In this document: one piece after another, positions 1 to 12,720 of the stretch
Numbering within the stretch: position 1 is the first letter of the stretch
Layout of the letters: every line of letters begins with the position of its first letter
Assembly (NCBI RefSeq): GCF_001194135.2
Contig: NC_068985.1
Location: 32,485,145 to 32,549,144 of the forward strand
Origin: Octopus bimaculoides
Taxonomy: Eukaryota
DNA length: 64,000 bases
Reading direction: 5' to 3'
The notes under the pieces: generated by a model
Told to the model about the DNA's origin: nothing
Databases searched by the model: none
What the model saw: only the letters and a program-made list of their open reading frames with translations
Program-made: the position numbers and the translations under genes

Positions 1-498
1 ATTGTTCTTTTTATGTTGTATTTATAGCTGTTGGATTAATAATTTAGTGATAAGTTTTAATTTTGCCTCATGATTTTCATCTCTTCTCACTAGGCACTAT
101 GGTGATACTAAAATTATTTATTCTTTATAAAATTGATTACCTTTCCAGAAATTCAGAGGGATAATCCCAACTCAATCTAATTCTTGAAATTAATATAATT
201 ATTTGTAGATATAACTTTTAACTTATAATCATTCTCTCTAGTCATATATTCTTATGATGTTTCTGTATCATTTCTTTTTCTTTGTATTTAGTAGTTTGAT
301 AATCTTAGATTGTAAGAGTAATATCATCCGTGCGCTACATCAATGCTTTATTGAAAGTTTGTATCCGCTATTCTTTATTTGTTATATTAGTTTATAAGAA
401 GTGTTGTTTTCAAAAGTGACATTAAAAAGATTTTGAAATTTTTTTTATCAGTTCCCTAGTATTATTTTGTTTTTAAGTTAGCAAAATATCAGTGTATA

Positions 499-708
499 CA
501 AGGGGATGCTGAAAAATTCCTGGTTTGGGTAAAAGAAAATACAGGAGAATCAATTATGATTTTATTCAACATATTCCCCTCTGATCCACACACTTGTTGA
601 AGTGATCCTTCAGTTTTTCTAAGCCCTGTAAAAGAATTTGGAAGGTTGGGCTTCCAAGCAGGCCTTTCACAATACCTTAAAAACCAGGAACTTTTCAGTA
701 CCCCCTTG
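499..708. mobile_element. Tc1/mariner-type MITE (210 bp)
   Basis: Terminal inverted repeats TACAAGGGGATGCTGAAAAATTCCTGGTTT / AAACCAGGAACTTTTCAGTACCCCCTTGTA (27/30 match including the TA); TA on both flanks; no ORF. Confidence 0.85.
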
Positions 709-1485
709 TATAATATACATTTATCATTGGACTGTCATCTGATGATGTCTTAGCTGGCAGAAACTTTGAAGCGACTGTTAATACTATTCTTGCTAAAAAA
801 TTGAGTAACCCTGCAGTTGAATGTAAAACTGTTTTTATTATAAAAAGACGTTTATATATAATATACACACAAGCATGCACGCAATGTTATTTCATAATTT
901 TCACATATTTTCTGAATAGATTCAAATGAATTGAAATCTATGATTTATATAAAGAGGACAGATATAATTGACGTGTATTGTATTTTTAGATTTTCTACAG
1001 TATGGAATTTGCAGAATAATTGCTTTATTTTATGATTTAATAATGGTTGTTGTTTTGTTTTGTCACAAGATTGTAAGTAGAGAGAGAGACTGGGGGATAG
1101 CTTTTATAAATATCTCATGAAAATGTGTTAAGGTATTGTTATTTTCACTGTCATGGGGCTTTTAAAATTAATGGAGAATATGCAGCCTGTTGTTAAGCAG
1201 GCTGTGCATTATATTTAAGCAGTGTTATTTGTATATTGGGAGGTGGGATACTTAGGCTAGTTCTGACATAATGAAAGATGGTTAGCTGTCAACTAAGGCA
1301 GTGAAGAGAGTGAAGTACTCTTAATAAGTAAATATGATAGTGGAATTAATAAAGGAATAATGAGACAAAGAAAATTTAGGTAAAATTGAGAGATTTCTTT
1401 AGAATATCCCAAATTATTGAATTTCATAAAAATGAAGCTGAGAAATGTGTGTGCACAACTTATTTTGTGTGCATGTGTGCGCATG

Positions 1486-1870
1486 CAGTTTCTAATCTGA
1501 AATTCTGAAAGCTCCAAAAGTCTTCTCACAGAAGTCAGCACAATAAAACTCATGTTTGGTGCCAAACATGATCGGATGCAAACTGTGCTCAACCTGTGAC
1601 AGTTGTGTCTCAACATCTTCTCTTGGTTAGATATGCTTCTACCCTAAGTTTGTAAAAACATCCACATGCCCAACTAGGCTTGACCTATCAATACACTGCA
1701 ATGAGATTACTATTGGTTCAGAATTTGTGTTCAATGTACAATCAAGACATATAAATCTGAATTCGTGAGAACCACATCTTATAACCAAGAATACACCCTA
1801 TGAATATACTGAATTCTCATTGTCAAATTTCGAAATATGCCTGATCCTAAGAGTTTCAGATAAGAGATTG
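1486..1870. mobile_element. Possible pogo/Tigger-like non-autonomous DNA element
   Basis: Imperfect terminal inverted repeat CAGTTTCTAATCTGAAATTCT vs reverse complement of the right end (17/21 match); no clean TSD. Confidence 0.4.
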
Positions 1871-2500
1871 TGTATGTGTGTGTGTGTGTGTGTGTAGTTG
1901 CAATAGGGATATGTGTATGATAAGTAGCTGCTAATTATCTAATATATGTACTAATTCAAACAAATGAACAGTACAATAGAATTTTAATAAGCTGATACTA
2001 AATTCTATAAATTAAGATTAAACTTATTGTATTTCACTCTAAACATATCATACACAATGTTGGTATTTCTAACATTTGGCATTGTCAACAGCTATGGCAT
2101 AGCTATGATAAAAGAATTAAAATGGTTCCGTGATTTTACAGCCATCAGCAAGATGCAATTCAAGTGGAAATTATTGAGAATACATAGCTAGTCTTGGTAT
2201 TACTTTAGTATCACTGATTTTGATGGGTTTAAACTCTAATGAAAAGTAGTTATGTTAATACTTAAACCTATATAAGCAATTTCTCTGTACTAAATATAAT
2301 CACTAAGAATAGTTTACAAAACTTCTCTCAGAAATGAAAATTTTTTTCTTTCTTTTAAAATTCAAACTATTGAAATTTTATTATTTGATAAGGTTGGACA
2401 CTTATTTTCATGTAGTAAAATTTCAATGAATTTTCTTCCTCTTTTGATTTGTAGTTGTAAATATTTTTGTTTGTTTTTTGTTATTAAGCTTAGACTAGTC

Positions 2501-2703
2501 ATAGACACCAGAAATATACACACACACATACACACACACACACACATGACAGGCTTCTTTCAGTTTCCATCTACTAAATCCACTCAGAAGGCTTTGGTTG
2601 GTCTGAGATTATAATGGTAGACACTTGCCCAAGGTGCCACATAGTGGGACTGAACCTGGAACTATGTGGTTGGGATGTAAACTTCTTACCACATAGCTAT
2701 GCC
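2501..2703 (-). mobile_element. tRNA-derived SINE family A, 5' half
   Basis: Reverse strand shows tRNA-like head with B-box-like GGTTCAGTCCC, CORE-like CCTTGGGCAAGTG motif and internal (GT)n; matches other copies in the window. Confidence 0.85.
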
Positions 2704-3175
2704 TAATTTTTTCATCTTACCTTATACAACCAGTATATTTATATTTTATTTTGCATTTATATTTTACTTATTTTACAAAAATGAAATTTTAAAGAAATTA
2801 TCCTTACAGTAATTATGTCTGTATATATAATGGAAACTCTGCCAACCTTTCCTTTCGACACCTATCGTACCCTCTCTTAAGTAACTCACCAAGCACAGCT
2901 TCTTGCACCAACTATCTCTAACGAGTGGATGAACATAATATTACACCAAATATACAAGGTGAATCTATATTTTAAGTAGCTTTGCAGTTTTGTTGTGAAT
3001 ATCTTTTCATAATAGTTTATATATGATAGTAGATGATACTACAAAACTTGACTTAACAACGGTACTATTAAGTTAGACATGACCAGGGTCAGTTTAAGCC
3101 AAAGCATATCTTAGTTTATATTTTAGAAAAATGCCATCATTTGATGTACATTCATTGTCTTTAAAAAAAAAACCC

Positions 3176-3217
<42 letters not shown>

Positions 3218-3415
3218 GGCTGTCACTCAAACCATAGATACTTTCTCAGTCTTCCCACGCTTGACCTTGTACATCCAGGATCTGACAGCGAGAGGAAGAC
3301 AAGTTAAATCATCACTCAACTGGCTATTATTTTGACTGAATGACACTACTTATTGTTCAAACTAGGAATCTCACAACCTTATTATTGTTTGTCCAAAGAT
3401 GTATGTAGTGCTTGT

Positions 3416-3469
<54 letters not shown>

Positions 3470-3714
3470 TGTGCTCTCAAGAGATTTTGGAATTATATAG
3501 TGGTTTATTCCTTAAAAAAATTTTTTATAGATATGTTTCCAAAATTAAAATTTACTCGAGTTTCTGCAAAAACAGAATCACAGATTATATCTGAAAAGTA
3601 GTAGTTATACTTATGTTTCCGTAAGCATTTCCATAATGCAGGGGATGCCTGTATTTTTGCACACACACACATTACATGTGTGTGTAGGATATATCTCATG
3701 GGTAAGCTGTGATG

Positions 3715-4100
3715 TGTCATTGGTGATGTGACTGGCTATTGGGTGTTTTGAGTCTTTCAATATCAGACACTGCCACCTGGTCCACATAACCTGGCTTGAT
3801 CAGGTCCTAGTATGTCACTTTTCCCACTTGTCATGAACCACCTCTCTTAATCTAAAGCTGCCTTGTGGCTTTCTCTATGGCTGCGCATGCAGTTTGAAAG
3901 GTCCTCTTCTTTGCTACTCCTGTAAAGCCCGTTCAGTTGAAGATTAGCACAGTGTGCATCTTACAAAGTCTCTATAGCCCACATCTGTGGGTTGGCTCAT
4001 ACTGTGCCTTCTAGCCTTTCTCCTGGTACTTTTAAAGCCAGTTCCTGGTGCATGTATATATCTTTAATGTGTACTTCTTAAGCATTGTAAATTTCGGCAT
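3715..4100 (-). mobile_element. Decayed 3' end of a restriction-like-endonuclease non-LTR retroposon (HERO/R2-group-like)
   Basis: Frameshifted translation resembles the KAQYEP..VGYRDF C-terminal motif, followed by a 3' UTR-like segment (GGACCTGATCA...TGTCTGATATTGAAAGAC...AAACACCCAAT). Family assignment is from memory. Confidence 0.45.
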
Positions 4101-6309
4101 GACCAGCTGTTCTGTATGTGCATATGTGCGAACACACATACACACTTGTTTTATTTCCTTTTGTCAAGTATTATTGATATACAAGTAAAATGTGAAACAG
4201 AAAAAAAAATAGTTATATATGTTTCAGATTATATAAGCATATGCATAATGTTTGAAATAATAAATTTATGCACCTAAAATACTTCTTATGAAAAAGTTGG
4301 CCATCAACTTAATGCTTTACACCGGTATTCATCCAAGGTCTGTTACCAATGGAATTTTTTTACTAGAATAACAATCATTTTGTATATCTTGTCAGCTTCA
4401 CATCTCTCTGCAAGACTGGAAATAGAATAATCTTAATTAGTTCCTCTTTTAATTGAACCTATTTAAACTTATTTTAAATAATGCCAGACTTTCTGGGCCA
4501 AAGCATCCAAAAGACTGGTATATCATGTTCTCAGCTTTATGTACATTGAACGTTTATTTTTTTTATTTTCTTAGTTTCCAGTTTATCTAAATATAATTTT
4601 CATCCTTTAGAGGTGTATGGTTTCCTTTTAATCACTATATATTAATCACTGACTGCAAGGTATTCCTTCTGGTCTAATACAATATTCATATTACAAAAAT
4701 TTCTAAATCATGTAACAAAACAGATTGCAAGTAGGATATAAAAAAAAAAAAAAAAGTCTTTTGATCCTGCTTTTTAATGTTTCAAATACATTTAGCTTTC
4801 TTTATAAACTGAGACTAATACTCAAAACAGAACCATGGAACTGGGGGTAAAATATATAGATAAGGCTGAAAATTACTTCTGAAATCTGAAATACAAGGTA
4901 AGCATACAAAATATGAATGTGAAACAAATTGAATTATCAAGTTTCTTTACTTTAAGTCTTCAGTATGTTGCAAAACAATGTTCATTGTGTATGAGGAATC
5001 CTATAAAATACACTTATTTTAGAAATTGAATGTTCTCAAATGGTTACTCTTTGAGGGGAAAAACGTATATGCTGGACTATAGAGCCATGTTTAAAGTCAG
5101 GCACTAATATAATAAGGATATTAAAAAAAAAAAAAAAAAAAAAAAAGAATCAGATGTATATCAATTATATCTCAGTAACATTGCAGAAGAAATTTTGTTT
5201 AGAAATATCCTGCATCTGAAATGTCCAGTTGCTACATAGTAGGAGACAAATAGGAAATGGCTATTCACTATGAGTCATTCTGATACTTAAATGGAACTTT
5301 TCATGAAATAAATCTTTGTTTCATATCCAAGCAATCCAAATTTATAGCTATATGATAGTTAGTGCTTCTAAGTGAATGGTTGTAATTAATAGATTTATCT
5401 TCAATTATATATGTTTTAAATTTGATTTGTATATCTTGTTAGAAAATACAGCTAAAATATTTCATTTTAGATGCAATTAATGGGATAGTGCAGTACAAAA
5501 TAGCCTGTTTCAGTTAATCTTTAGACTCTGGATGTATAGAGTTTCAACAATTAATTAGCTAATTATATATTTTTCCAGCTGGTGCTAATAGGGGGAGGGC
5601 AGAGAGAAAAAGTGATTTAGATAAATCTATTTGTAGATTGAAGATTTTTGTAAGCTTTGCTGTTAATAAATGTAAACTACTTATATTAAATTTTATTCAC
5701 TATCAATTTTGTTCCCTATCAATATTCTACTGCTATATGGCCTAAAAGAATTCTCATTAGTGTTGCTCTTTAAAATTTTTTTATAGTGCTACTACGCTCA
5801 GCAATATTTTTAAACAAAGTTGTTGAAAGGTTCCAGAAAAAGATGCTTGTCACATTGGGTGTGTCTGTTAAAAATAATTTTCTGGTGACAGTTTTTGATT
5901 TTTCCATGTAATTTTCATCATCATTGTATGTACACATATACATGTGTGTAGGTAGTTGTGTGTGTGTGTGTGTGTGTGTGGATAGAAAACAAGCTTTTGT
6001 ATCTCTGAACAAGACATCTAGTTACCTTACTGCTACCAGTGGGTCTCTTTGTTCACTAGTATTAATGACTCACTTGTATAATACTATTCCATAAACTTCA
6101 GGATTTTCAATGTCATTGGAATTTCTAGCAAAAATAACGAAAACTGCTTCTGCACATATTGAAGGTGCCTCATCTCTCAGAATTGTTTGAAGAGAGCAAT
6201 TGCCTTTTTTTGTGTATCTGCTGAAGCTTTGCTTTCTGATTCAAATTGTTAATACAAACATAACTGTACCCTCTCTCTTTCTCTCTTCATATATATATAT
6301 ATATATATA

Positions 6310-6594
6310 NNNNNNNNNNNNNNNNNNNNNNNNNNNNNNNNNNNNNNNNNNNNNNNNNNNNNNNNNNNNNNNNNNNNNNNNNNNNNNNNNNNNNNNNNNN
6401 NNNNNNNNNNNNNNNNNNNNNNNNNNNNNNNNNNNNNNNNNNNNNNNNNNNNNNNNNNNNNNNNNNNNNNNNNNNNNNNNNNNNNNNNNNNNNNNNNNNN
6501 NNNNNNNNNNNNNNNNNNNNNNNNNNNNNNNNNNNNNNNNNNNNNNNNNNNNNNNNNNNNNNNNNNNNNNNNNNNNNNNNNNNNNNNNNNNNNN
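6310..6594. other. Assembly gap (285 N) flanked by (TA)n
   Basis: Run of N. Confidence 1.
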
Positions 6595-6639
<45 letters not shown>

Positions 6640-6641
6640 TA

Positions 6642-9600
6642 TTCTTTTATGTTTCAGCCCTAAGGTTGTGGCCATGCTGGGGCACCGCCAGTGTAATCAC
6701 CTTTTAATTGGCCAATTGCATGTGATTGGCTTTTGGTGAAGGAGGGACTTCAACACTGCTGCCCGCTTTTGAACTTCCTGCCTTGATATTGGTTCATCTG
6801 GAATCTTGGATAGCAAGAGGTCAAGTTGTTTCTTGAAAACATGTACCCCTACTCCATGGTGATCCCTCAGATATTTTGACAAGGTGTTAAATAGCTGTGG
6901 GCTCTTGAATCCCAAGCTATTGCAGTACATGGTCCTCACCTTAGATGGGACAGCTGGGATAGTACAGTGATGTCCAGTTCGAGGTCTGGTATAACTCTCA
7001 ATTCCAAAGTTTGGTGCCAGCCCCTCCAGTATCTTCCACACATATATCACTGCATACTTCTCCTGTTTTCACTTCAAGGAGTAGAGTCATAGCTCTCTCA
7101 GTCTCTCCCAGTAGCTTAGCTGTTCCATTGCTGCAATCTTCCTTGTGTAGCCTCACTGAACTGCCTCAAGTTCTGCTATTAACCCGACTTTGTAAGATGA
7201 CCACAGTTGAGAGCTGTAGTCCAGGTGGCTGAGGACAAATGTCCTCCATGGGACCAGTATAGTTTCCTGGACCCTTGTTCTGAAGGTTCTCGGAATCCAT
7301 CAAGCCACTTGGTGATATGCATATGAAACGAGGCATTGTTGCTCATATCAATCCCAAGATCATGCACCATATGTGATTTGGGGATTGCTGCCCTTTTTGG
7401 TTCAAAGTATCATCGTTGCGACTTCTGAGCACTAAGTAGCTGGTAGTGGAGGGCTTGGAATTTGCCTGCATTAAATTGCATGTTGTCCTTAGCCCATTTA
7501 TATATAGCATCAAGGTCTTTCTGTAGAATATTAACATCAAAAGGTTCCTTGACTGCTTGTATTATTTTTGTGTCATCAGCATAGCTAGTAAGTGTAACTG
7601 TCTGTGTAACTGATGGCATGTCTGAAAGAGCCACCATGAGCAGCAGCAGTTCCAATACAGTTCCCTGAGGCACTCCACTTTCTAATAATGTCTCCTTGGA
7701 GAGGGCTCTGGTGGTTGCTACAACCTGGCTTCTGTCTTTTAAGAAGTCATACAACCACTCTCTGATTTTCCCAGTTATGCCAAGTCTCTATAAGTTTGTA
7801 ATATATCATCCCATGATCAACCTTATCAAAGGCCTTTGCAAAGTCAAGATATATCACATCTACGTTTGTGTGATTCATTAATTGTTTCAACACCCAGTCA
7901 TAGTGCTGCAAAAGCTGTGTAAGGCAGCTTCTTCCTGAGCAAAAGCCATGCAGGTGTCAGTAAGTAAGTCACTATCTTCAGGGAATGCAATTCGTTTCTT
8001 CCTGACGATGCATTCCATGACTTTGCTGATATAGGAAGTTAGAGAGACAGGTCTATAATTTTTAGTATCGGCTCTGCTACCTCCCTTATGGATAGGGCAT
8101 ATTATGCCTTCCTTTAACTGTCTGGGAAGTCTCCCTGTTGTGAGGAAGCTCTGGAAGAGAATCTGAAGTGGTCTTGCTAGAGCCCCTTTGCATTTCTTTA
8201 GGAGGATTACTGGGAATCCATCAGGGCCTGTGGTTGAGTTTGAGCTCATCTCATCAATGACTGATATCACATCAGTTTCCTATATTTTGATGCTATCAAT
8301 AATTGCCATTTTGTCGTGTAGGGCTGTGGAGCCAAAGAACTCATCAGGTATAGCTACTTGCAAGAGTCCCAATGTAGTGGTGAAAACACTCTTGTATTGC
8401 ACATTCAGTATTTCACTGATCCTCTGGGGGTCTGCAATCGGTGAACCATTTTCTTCGAATAGTGCCCCTATTTTGTACCATACTGAAGCAGACACTTTTG
8501 CATATCTATAGAAGGCTTTAGGGTTTGTCTTTATATATATGACAGCCCTGGCTTCCTTTTCTTCTCTCTCCTTTTCATGGGAGTTTTTGAGTTTATTTTC
8601 AATCTTGAGCAATGTTTGTTTGAGATAGCATCATTTATCCTTTAGTGGCCCATTTAGACGATTCGTGATTTTTGCTTATCGTCTCCTATCTCTGGGTATT
8701 ATATCTTTCTGCTGACTTGGCATTCTCTCTGGAGCAAACTTACTGCATATGTCATGCATGATTGTCATAAAGTATTGTAGCTTTATGTTAATATCTTGCA
8801 TAGAGAGACTGGCAGATCAGTTTTGTTTCATTACCTCTTTCTCAATACCCTTCCAATCAGCTTTGTGAAAGTTCAGGCTGGAGAGGAGTTGGGTGCTTCT
8901 AGTAGCCTGCATGTCTGTAGTCTTCTGCAAACCATACATTGTTTATTAAGTTATGGTCTGAGAAAACTGTTGGTGTCACCTTAGCATTATGGATGAGTGC
9001 TGTGTTGTTTGTGAAGCAGAGGTCTAGGACATTTTTTCCCCTTGTTGGGTGGAGCACTATTTGCTCCATAAAGAGCATGTTAATGAGGTCAAGCAGAGAT
9101 TCTGCATGCCTCAGGCCGTGCAGTGACATACCTGAGTGAAGGCGGCCCTCAGGCCATTCAACATTAGCGAGGTTGAAATCCCCTAGAAGTATGTGCAGGC
9201 TGTCATCCAGTTTGGTTAATACTTCTTTCAGTTCTTAGAGGCTCTCTTCAAATGAATCCCCAAGTTGTGGAGCATCTGGTGGGCGATAGGTGGTACATAT
9301 TACTATTTTCATCTGTTTAATGTGTACCACCAGGACTACAGGCATGACATCTTCCTGGATGTACATTGCCACTCCACCATGAGTCCTTTCTCTCCTGTCA
9401 GTTCGAAATACAACATACCCTGATATGTGTATCTCAGCATCTAGTAGGCCCATGTTCAAATGTGTTTCTGTTAGTGACACGCATATTGTCACTAAGTCTC
9501 TCAGGTACTGCATTTTGCATTGTTGGGATGTTAAGAGGCCCCTGATGTTCAGCAAGAACACTGGTGTGATATGTAGGGTGTCGGTAATGGCCACTGGTCT

Positions 9601-9660
9601 GACATGTGCAGAGGTGTCAGAGGTGACCACCCTGGATCCTTTGTTGTTTGAGATGGTTGC
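6642..9660 (-). mobile_element. Decayed CR1-clade LINE ORF2 (APE endonuclease + reverse transcriptase), about 3 kb
   Basis: Fragmented ORFs: LLNIRGL..LTETHL..GYVVFRTDR..GGVAMY (APE); STTGPDGFP..KGGSRADTKNYRPVSLTS; SGVPQGTVL..SYADDTK (RT); YVWKILEGLAPN..QLFNTL (C-terminus). Many stops and frameshifts; 3' end abuts (TA)n. Confidence 0.92.
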
Positions 9661-9764
9661 AAATACTTGTAATGAATGTCATATATTGTCAAGTATTGGC
9701 AAATACTGGTAATGAATGTCATATATTGTCAAGTATTGGCAAATACTGGTAATGAATGTCATAT
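9661..9764. repeat. 40-bp tandem repeat, about 2.6 copies
   Basis: Unit AAATACT(T/G)GTAATGAATGTCATATATTGTCAAGTATTGGC starting at 9661, 9701 and partially at 9741. Confidence 0.95.
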
Positions 9765-10000
9765 TGAATGTCATATAAAATGAAGTACCACTTGAAATTA
9801 AAACTCATTTCTTCTTTAGCAGAAGACTGGGCTGTTAATAAAGAGATGAACTGGATTCATTTATTTCAAACCAGCTGAGTGAATGATGCTTACTATTAGA
9901 TGGTTAGACCAAATTTTCTATATTGTTATCATTGGAAGTTGTGGCTACATCATAATTTAATATGGCCCTCTGTTTGAAAAATTTGCTTTCTAATCTCATG

Positions 10001-10144
10001 TTTTGGGGCTTGGTCCCACTGTGTGGAATTTTGGGCAAATGTCTTCTACTGTAGCCTCAGGCTGACCAAAGCCTTGTGAGTGGATTTGGTAGATAGAGAC
10101 TGAAAGAAGTTCATCATATATATGTATATCTACCTTTGTATTTC

Positions 10145-10196
<52 letters not shown>
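10001..10196 (+). mobile_element. SINE family A, partial
   Basis: GGTCCCACTGTGTGG..TTGGGCAAATGTCTTCT..GCCTTGTGAGTGGATTTGGTAGA followed by (GT)n. Confidence 0.85.
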
Positions 10197-10198
<2 letters not shown>

Positions 10199-12374
10199 TC
10201 ACCTGCTGATTGTAAATGACAGTGATTTCACTAACAGTGTCAATTTGCTTTGATTTCTTCATGCACACATGCCTGGGATGTTTATTTTTCGATAGACTGG
10301 AAGATTATTACCTCACTTGGAAACAAGTGAAGGTTGGCTATAGAAAGGACACCTAGCTGCAGAAAATTCTGCCCCAATACACTCTCATCTGACCCATGGA
10401 AAAGTAGACATGAAAATGATGAATGGTTTTAAAGAAATTGAGAATAGTTGCTCATTCCCTGAATTGTGGAGAACATTCAATAATTGGTCTCCATGCTCTT
10501 TATTAACCCACACATAAGCATTAACAGATGCAGCTAACATACATCAAACATAATGAAGCAATGAGAGGCTGTTACTAGGGAATTAGTGAAAGTTGTAAGA
10601 GATATACAGCAATGACAATCTAGTTAGATATTCCACAGAGCCTTTCAACTAAGAATTATTATTTTAACATTTGTTTTCCTCTTTTGAAAGAGATGCCAAA
10701 TGTCAAAGACGTATAATAAAGTACTATATCTAAGTATTATCAGCACAGTTTGCATTTATGTCTTGCTCTTACTACTCAAGTGGTCTTATTTTGCCTTGAG
10801 ATTCTTTGTTTACTAAATATGTAATTAATCTAAGAATAGTTTTCATTTATACCTTTTTCACTGTTATTTTTAAGCAAATAATGAGTTATGCTAGTTCTCT
10901 ATTATACAGCTCTATACTTATGTGGTGGTTGGTGAGGATAGAGGACAGTCAGCTATTACTCACCTATGATATATTCGATAACAAGAAGTTAAGCAATTGA
11001 TCTTTTAGTCTTAAAATGTGCACACAAAGACAACAATAATTGAAATTGTTACTTGAAGAAAATTGAAGTCATATTAATGTATTAGTAGAGAACAATTATA
11101 GTTTTTTTTTACTATTAACCTATTTCTTACCCCATTTACATGAATAAAGATTTGATCTTTAAGTAAGATAAACTCATAATTGCGTCATTCTCAATTTTAC
11201 ATGTCGTAGTTGTACTAAAAATTTTGGGTTTTGATTGAGGAATCTGAGTTTGCTTTTAAAATTCTTGTATTCACAGATTCTGTTATCCACAAAAAATTGA
11301 ACACCATGTCATCTCTCTGTGTGACTGAGACAGAACGCTCATTGAAAAGCATTTCTTGTTCTTTCAAGAATGTATTTAACAAATGGGAAAAATTTGCTCC
11401 TGGAATAAAGCCTTCTCTTCATATGCTTTGCTTAAATATTTCTGTTGAACTTTAGAATTTTCGCACTGTTTCAAAGCACTGACATTTTGCTGCTGTCTGT
11501 GACAGGATTAAAAATTCCACTTCTGTATGTATCACAGGTACTTATAACAGAAATAATTTAGCAAGTTGTCCTGTCATTGAGTAATTAAATATCAAGTTAT
11601 CAAGCAGTTAAAGGGTTAGAATTATGATAAAAGATCAAACAAGAAAGTGAAACCAAAGTTGGAGGCAAATACTGGGTTATTAGAGTCAGAAAAAATGGAC
11701 TCTTCACTAATTGTATTTGTAATATAATGCTGTAAGCATTTTATTTACAATGAGAACATAGAGGGTCTCTTCCTGGTTAACCATTTTGTTATCTGCTGTT
11801 TATATTGATCCATTGAACTGCATTTTATTGATCAAGTTGGTCAAGGAAAAGAGGCATTCTTTAACCATTTAATGTAATCATTCATGCTTCATTCATTTAA
11901 ATTTTGCATTTAAGCAATGCTTTAATCGTTAAAAAAGGTATATCTAATGGATTTTATTTCTTTCAAAATGCTTATTTAAGTTGCTTCAGGTGTTTAACCC
12001 TCTACTTTGAACTTTGTTGTGCTTTAGATTTTTGAGCTAATAATGAAAGATGTTCTTGAATGATGTAATAATTTTATACTCTAATTTCATGTTTATCTTT
12101 TTGAAAAAAAATGGTCTCTTATAGTTAAAAAAAATCTAAAAAATTTTATTTTAAGATTGTCTTACAAGTTATTGTTTGTAATTTCTTCAGTAAATAATAT
12201 AAACAATCCACGTCATAACAAAAAACGACTTCAAACTGAAACTCTCTAACAGGTAAAGGTAAAATATAGTTTGATTATTCACATTAGCCATATATGGTGT
12301 GCAGTTTCAATATAAGAAATATATGATTAATCTAATTACAAAAACAGAAGTGAGTGTCAGATTTGATTATAATC

Positions 12375-12720
12375 ATCTATCTTTTACTTGTTTCATTCAT
12401 TTGACTGTGGCCATGCTGGGGCACTGCCTTGAAGGTTTTAGTTAAACAAATCGTCCAATTCTTGAAGCCTAGTACTTATTCTGTCAGCCTCTTTTGCCAA
12501 ACCACTAAGGGGATGTAAACACACCAACACCGGTTGCCAAGAGGTGATGAGGACACACACACACACACACACACACACACTTTCAGTTTCTGTCTACCAA
12601 ATCCACTCACAAGGCCTTGGTCAGTTTGAGGCTATAGAAGACACTTAGCCAAGGTGCCACGCAGTGGGACTGAACCCAGGACCATGTGGTTGGGAAGCAA
12701 GATCCTTACCACACAGTCAC
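12375..12720 (-). mobile_element. SINE family A, near full length
   Basis: tRNA-like head, CORE-like motif, (CA)n and tail TGTGGCCATGCTGGGGCACTGCC. Confidence 0.9.

Noticed and set aside
3353-3601. ORFs with [12 protein letters not shown] or CVCVCV runs (also about 6.2-6.7, 47.1-47.6, 50.4-50.6 and 55.1-55.3 kb)
   Set aside because: Translations of (CA)n/(TA)n microsatellites and N gaps, not proteins.
12191-12252. 62-nt segment with good acceptor (TTCTTCAG) and donor (CAG|GTAAAG)
   Set aside because: Stops in all three frames and the phase does not fit exon A; could only be a non-coding exon, with no support.
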